Virus record (IMG/VR): IMGVR_UViG_3300048574_000518
Coordinates: 1 to 46,460 of that record
Direction: 5' to 3' (one strand)
DNA length: 46,460 nt
Source: a virus
Lineage: Duplodnaviria > Caudoviricetes
Shown one piece after another: positions 44,813 to 46,460 of this stretch (its first letter is position 1; every line of letters begins with the position of its first letter). The translations under genes were made by a program, and so were the position numbers. The notes under the pieces were generated by a model that saw only the letters and a program-made list of their open reading frames with translations, ran no database searches and was not told where the DNA came from.

Positions 44813-45274
44813 CTATCCTCCGGATTGTGCGGATTTCGACGCGTGCTCCTTGAACACACGCCGGATCGTCCATGGAGAAACATCAACCGCCCTACTGATC
44901 GCAAATTGCGAGTGCGTTCCTCGCATCGATAGGATTTTTTGAACTTGCTCGGCGGTGGCCGGACCGCGGCGCCCCAACGTCCCATGAAAGCGGCGATCCC
45001 GCTGGTTTTCTGACGGCGTCTTCCACGATAAGTGTCTCGGGTTGACGCACCCAAGATGACCCCTCCCGCATGAATGCGCCGCGTGGTGGATGTTCGTTGG
45101 GGCAGGGCCGTTGACAAGTTCGCACATCACGCGGTGAGCCTTCCTGATCTTTCCTTCAACGCCAAGCAGCCCGTAGCCGTACTGGCGGTCGATATGAAAC
45201 GGCCAAGTCAAGCACTCGTCGCCGGAGTGCGACGCGTGCGCTTTGAGCCACTCGTATGCGGTTATCTTTGCCAT
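44813..45274 (-). CDS. HNH/His-Cys homing-endonuclease-like protein
   Basis: ECLTWP...AHRVMC...AAHSCG...CVNPRHLSWKTPSEN plus C-terminal HTH. Confidence 0.85.
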   Translation of the reverse strand: MAKITAYEWLKAHASHSGDECLTWPFHIDRQYGYGLLGVEGKIRKAHRVMCELVNGPAPTNIHHAAHSCGRGHLGCVNPRHLSWKTPSENQRDRRFHGTLGRRGPATAEQVQKILSMRGTHSQFAISRAVDVSPWTIRRVFKEHASKSAQSGG

Positions 45275-45292
45275 TCCAGACCTACTGCTCCA

Positions 45293-45532
45293 TCAACGCC
45301 GCTTCTCGAACACCTTCTCGGTGACCGGAGGAGACACGCCGCACGACACGACGGCGACGACTTGGGCGATCCTGACTGGTTCTCCAGGGCATGACTTCGC
45401 ATAGGTCTTCGCTCGCCTCTCGGCGTCCTTGAAAGTGCCAAACGACTGCGGGCCGTCGTTCTTTTCGCGGCCATGCCAAATCGTGTTGCCATCCAGATCG
45501 ATCAGGTAGAAATCGTTTGCTGCCATTTCCAT
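45293..45532 (-). CDS. Hypothetical protein
   Basis: GGGAG RBS. Confidence 0.6.
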   Translation of the reverse strand: MEMAANDFYLIDLDGNTIWHGREKNDGPQSFGTFKDAERRAKTYAKSCPGEPVRIAQVVAVVSCGVSPPVTEKVFEKRR

Positions 45533-45539
45533 CTCCCTA

Positions 45540-45722
45540 TCATCGCAGTCCATCCGCCGCCTCGTAATCATTACCGTGCCGTGCTACAGCATACGCTTCC
45601 GCGCGCACGAAGGCGTCCGGGCCGGAGAATATGGAAACCTCACATCCTCCATCGTCATCGATAAACTCGACCCGGATGGCGGTCCTATCGGCATCATCAC
45701 GAACAATTTCTGCTTTCCGCAT
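45540..45722 (-). CDS. Hypothetical protein
   Basis: AGGAG RBS; RVEFIDDDGGCEVSIFSGPDA. Confidence 0.65.
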   Translation of the reverse strand: MRKAEIVRDDADRTAIRVEFIDDDGGCEVSIFSGPDAFVRAEAYAVARHGNDYEAADGLR

Positions 45723-45740
45723 TTCAATTCTCCTGTTTTT

Positions 45741-45959
45741 TCATCGCTCTGCTCTGGGTAGCGCTGTTTCATTTTCGATTTTAGCGATGGCTGCCGTCGC
45801 CAGCGCCTGAATGAACGCGAGACGGTCAAAAGCGTAGGTGGATGAACCGTTCTGGCCGTCGTATGCAGCCGTTTGGATTTTGCGGAAGAATCGCACCAAG
45901 TTCTTGCGCTCTTGCTTCTCCGCCAGCGCCACCAACTCCCCGGCTTTACCAATGCTCAT
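45741..45959 (-). CDS. Hypothetical protein
   Basis: Tiles the operon. Confidence 0.55.
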   Translation of the reverse strand: MSIGKAGELVALAEKQERKNLVRFFRKIQTAAYDGQNGSSTYAFDRLAFIQALATAAIAKIENETALPRAER

Positions 45960-45970
45960 GATGTTTATCC

Positions 45971-46162
45971 CTATGCCCTAGGCAAATCTGTTTCCAGTTT
46001 GACCGGCCCACGCACTTTCAACAGACCGGTCGGCGTGACTTGGATTTCCAGCATCTGCCTCGGCGTCTTCACGCCAATGATTGCGTAACCCTTGTGCGAC
46101 GCCAGCCGCTCCACGGTCGCCGCCTCAAACTTAAAGCCGTATTGCGTTGTCCTGGCGGCCAT
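45971..46162 (-). CDS. Hypothetical protein
   Basis: GGGGA RBS. Confidence 0.6.
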   Translation of the reverse strand: MAARTTQYGFKFEAATVERLASHKGYAIIGVKTPRQMLEIQVTPTGLLKVRGPVKLETDLPRA

Positions 46163-46164
46163 CG

Positions 46165-46344
46165 TTATCCCCTAGTTAGCGTGTCTGCAGCGCGTTCACA
46201 CGCCTGAGCCATCTTCAGGTATCCGGTCTCGCCGTCTCTAGATCGTTGGCGGTGCAAATTGAGGAGGACGTATCGAGCCTGAAGCAATAAAGCCCTGTCT
46301 ATCTCGGCTAGATCGTCGGTCATCACTGCCATCCCCATAGTCAT
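46165..46344 (-). CDS. Hypothetical protein (start uncertain)
   Basis: ...MTDDLAEIDRALLLQARYVLL; ATGA overlap. Confidence 0.45.
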   Translation of the reverse strand: MTMGMAVMTDDLAEIDRALLLQARYVLLNLHRQRSRDGETGYLKMAQACERAADTLTRG

Positions 46345-46460
46345 CGCCGCTTCGACGACTTCTTGATCCGCCGCGGCTTCTTCGGCGCCGGCTTGATCCC
46401 AAGGGCGCGCTCAAAAATTGCGACAAGTTGGTTGGTGGTCAGTTGTTTGCGGGTGCCCAT
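46341..46460 (-). CDS. Small basic protein (39 aa)
   Basis: MGTRKQLTTNQLVAIFERALGIKPAPKKPRR; ATG is the last 3 nt of the window. Confidence 0.5.
   Translation of the reverse strand: MGTRKQLTTNQLVAIFERALGIKPAPKKPRRIKKSSKRR

Larger units (their letters stand above)
1..46460. mobile_element. Temperate phage/prophage, podovirus-type morphogenesis, probable alphaproteobacterial host
   Basis: Integrase, repressor/cro, replication, terminase, portal, capsid, P22-like tail/ejection genes and lysis in canonical order; no tape measure gene; no host housekeeping genes. Confidence 0.95.

Noticed and set aside
1-46460. Terminal repeats or attL/attR at the window ends
   Set aside because: Ends coincide exactly with a stop codon and a start codon, suggesting trimming to gene boundaries; no end repeat is visible

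Overview
The window is a near-complete (~46 kb, GC-rich) temperate phage or prophage, most likely of an Alphaproteobacterium (inferred from GapR/DUF2312-like and GcrA-like genes). Gene order is lambdoid: integrase and leftward recombination genes (SSB, Sak/Rad52, HNH); a repressor/cro switch with visible operators; replication (iteron-containing initiator, RusA); a late promoter and terminator; then a podovirus-type virion module (terminase, portal, GroES, scaffold, capsid, P22 gp4/gp10-like tail, ejection proteins, two paralogous tailspikes). A lysis cassette, a phosphoesterase/DUF1937 module and a second block of small leftward genes follow. The most notable signal is a parallel architecture seen twice: a virion protein ending in a small appended domain is directly followed by an enzyme (ADP-ribosyltransferase-like, or lysozyme-like) bracketed by two copies of a short peptide motif, which suggests a docking code for injected cargo. 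Several strongly structured non-coding segments are also present. No tRNA, rRNA, CRISPR array or reverse transcriptase was recognised. All family calls come from motif recognition by eye; no database search was run.
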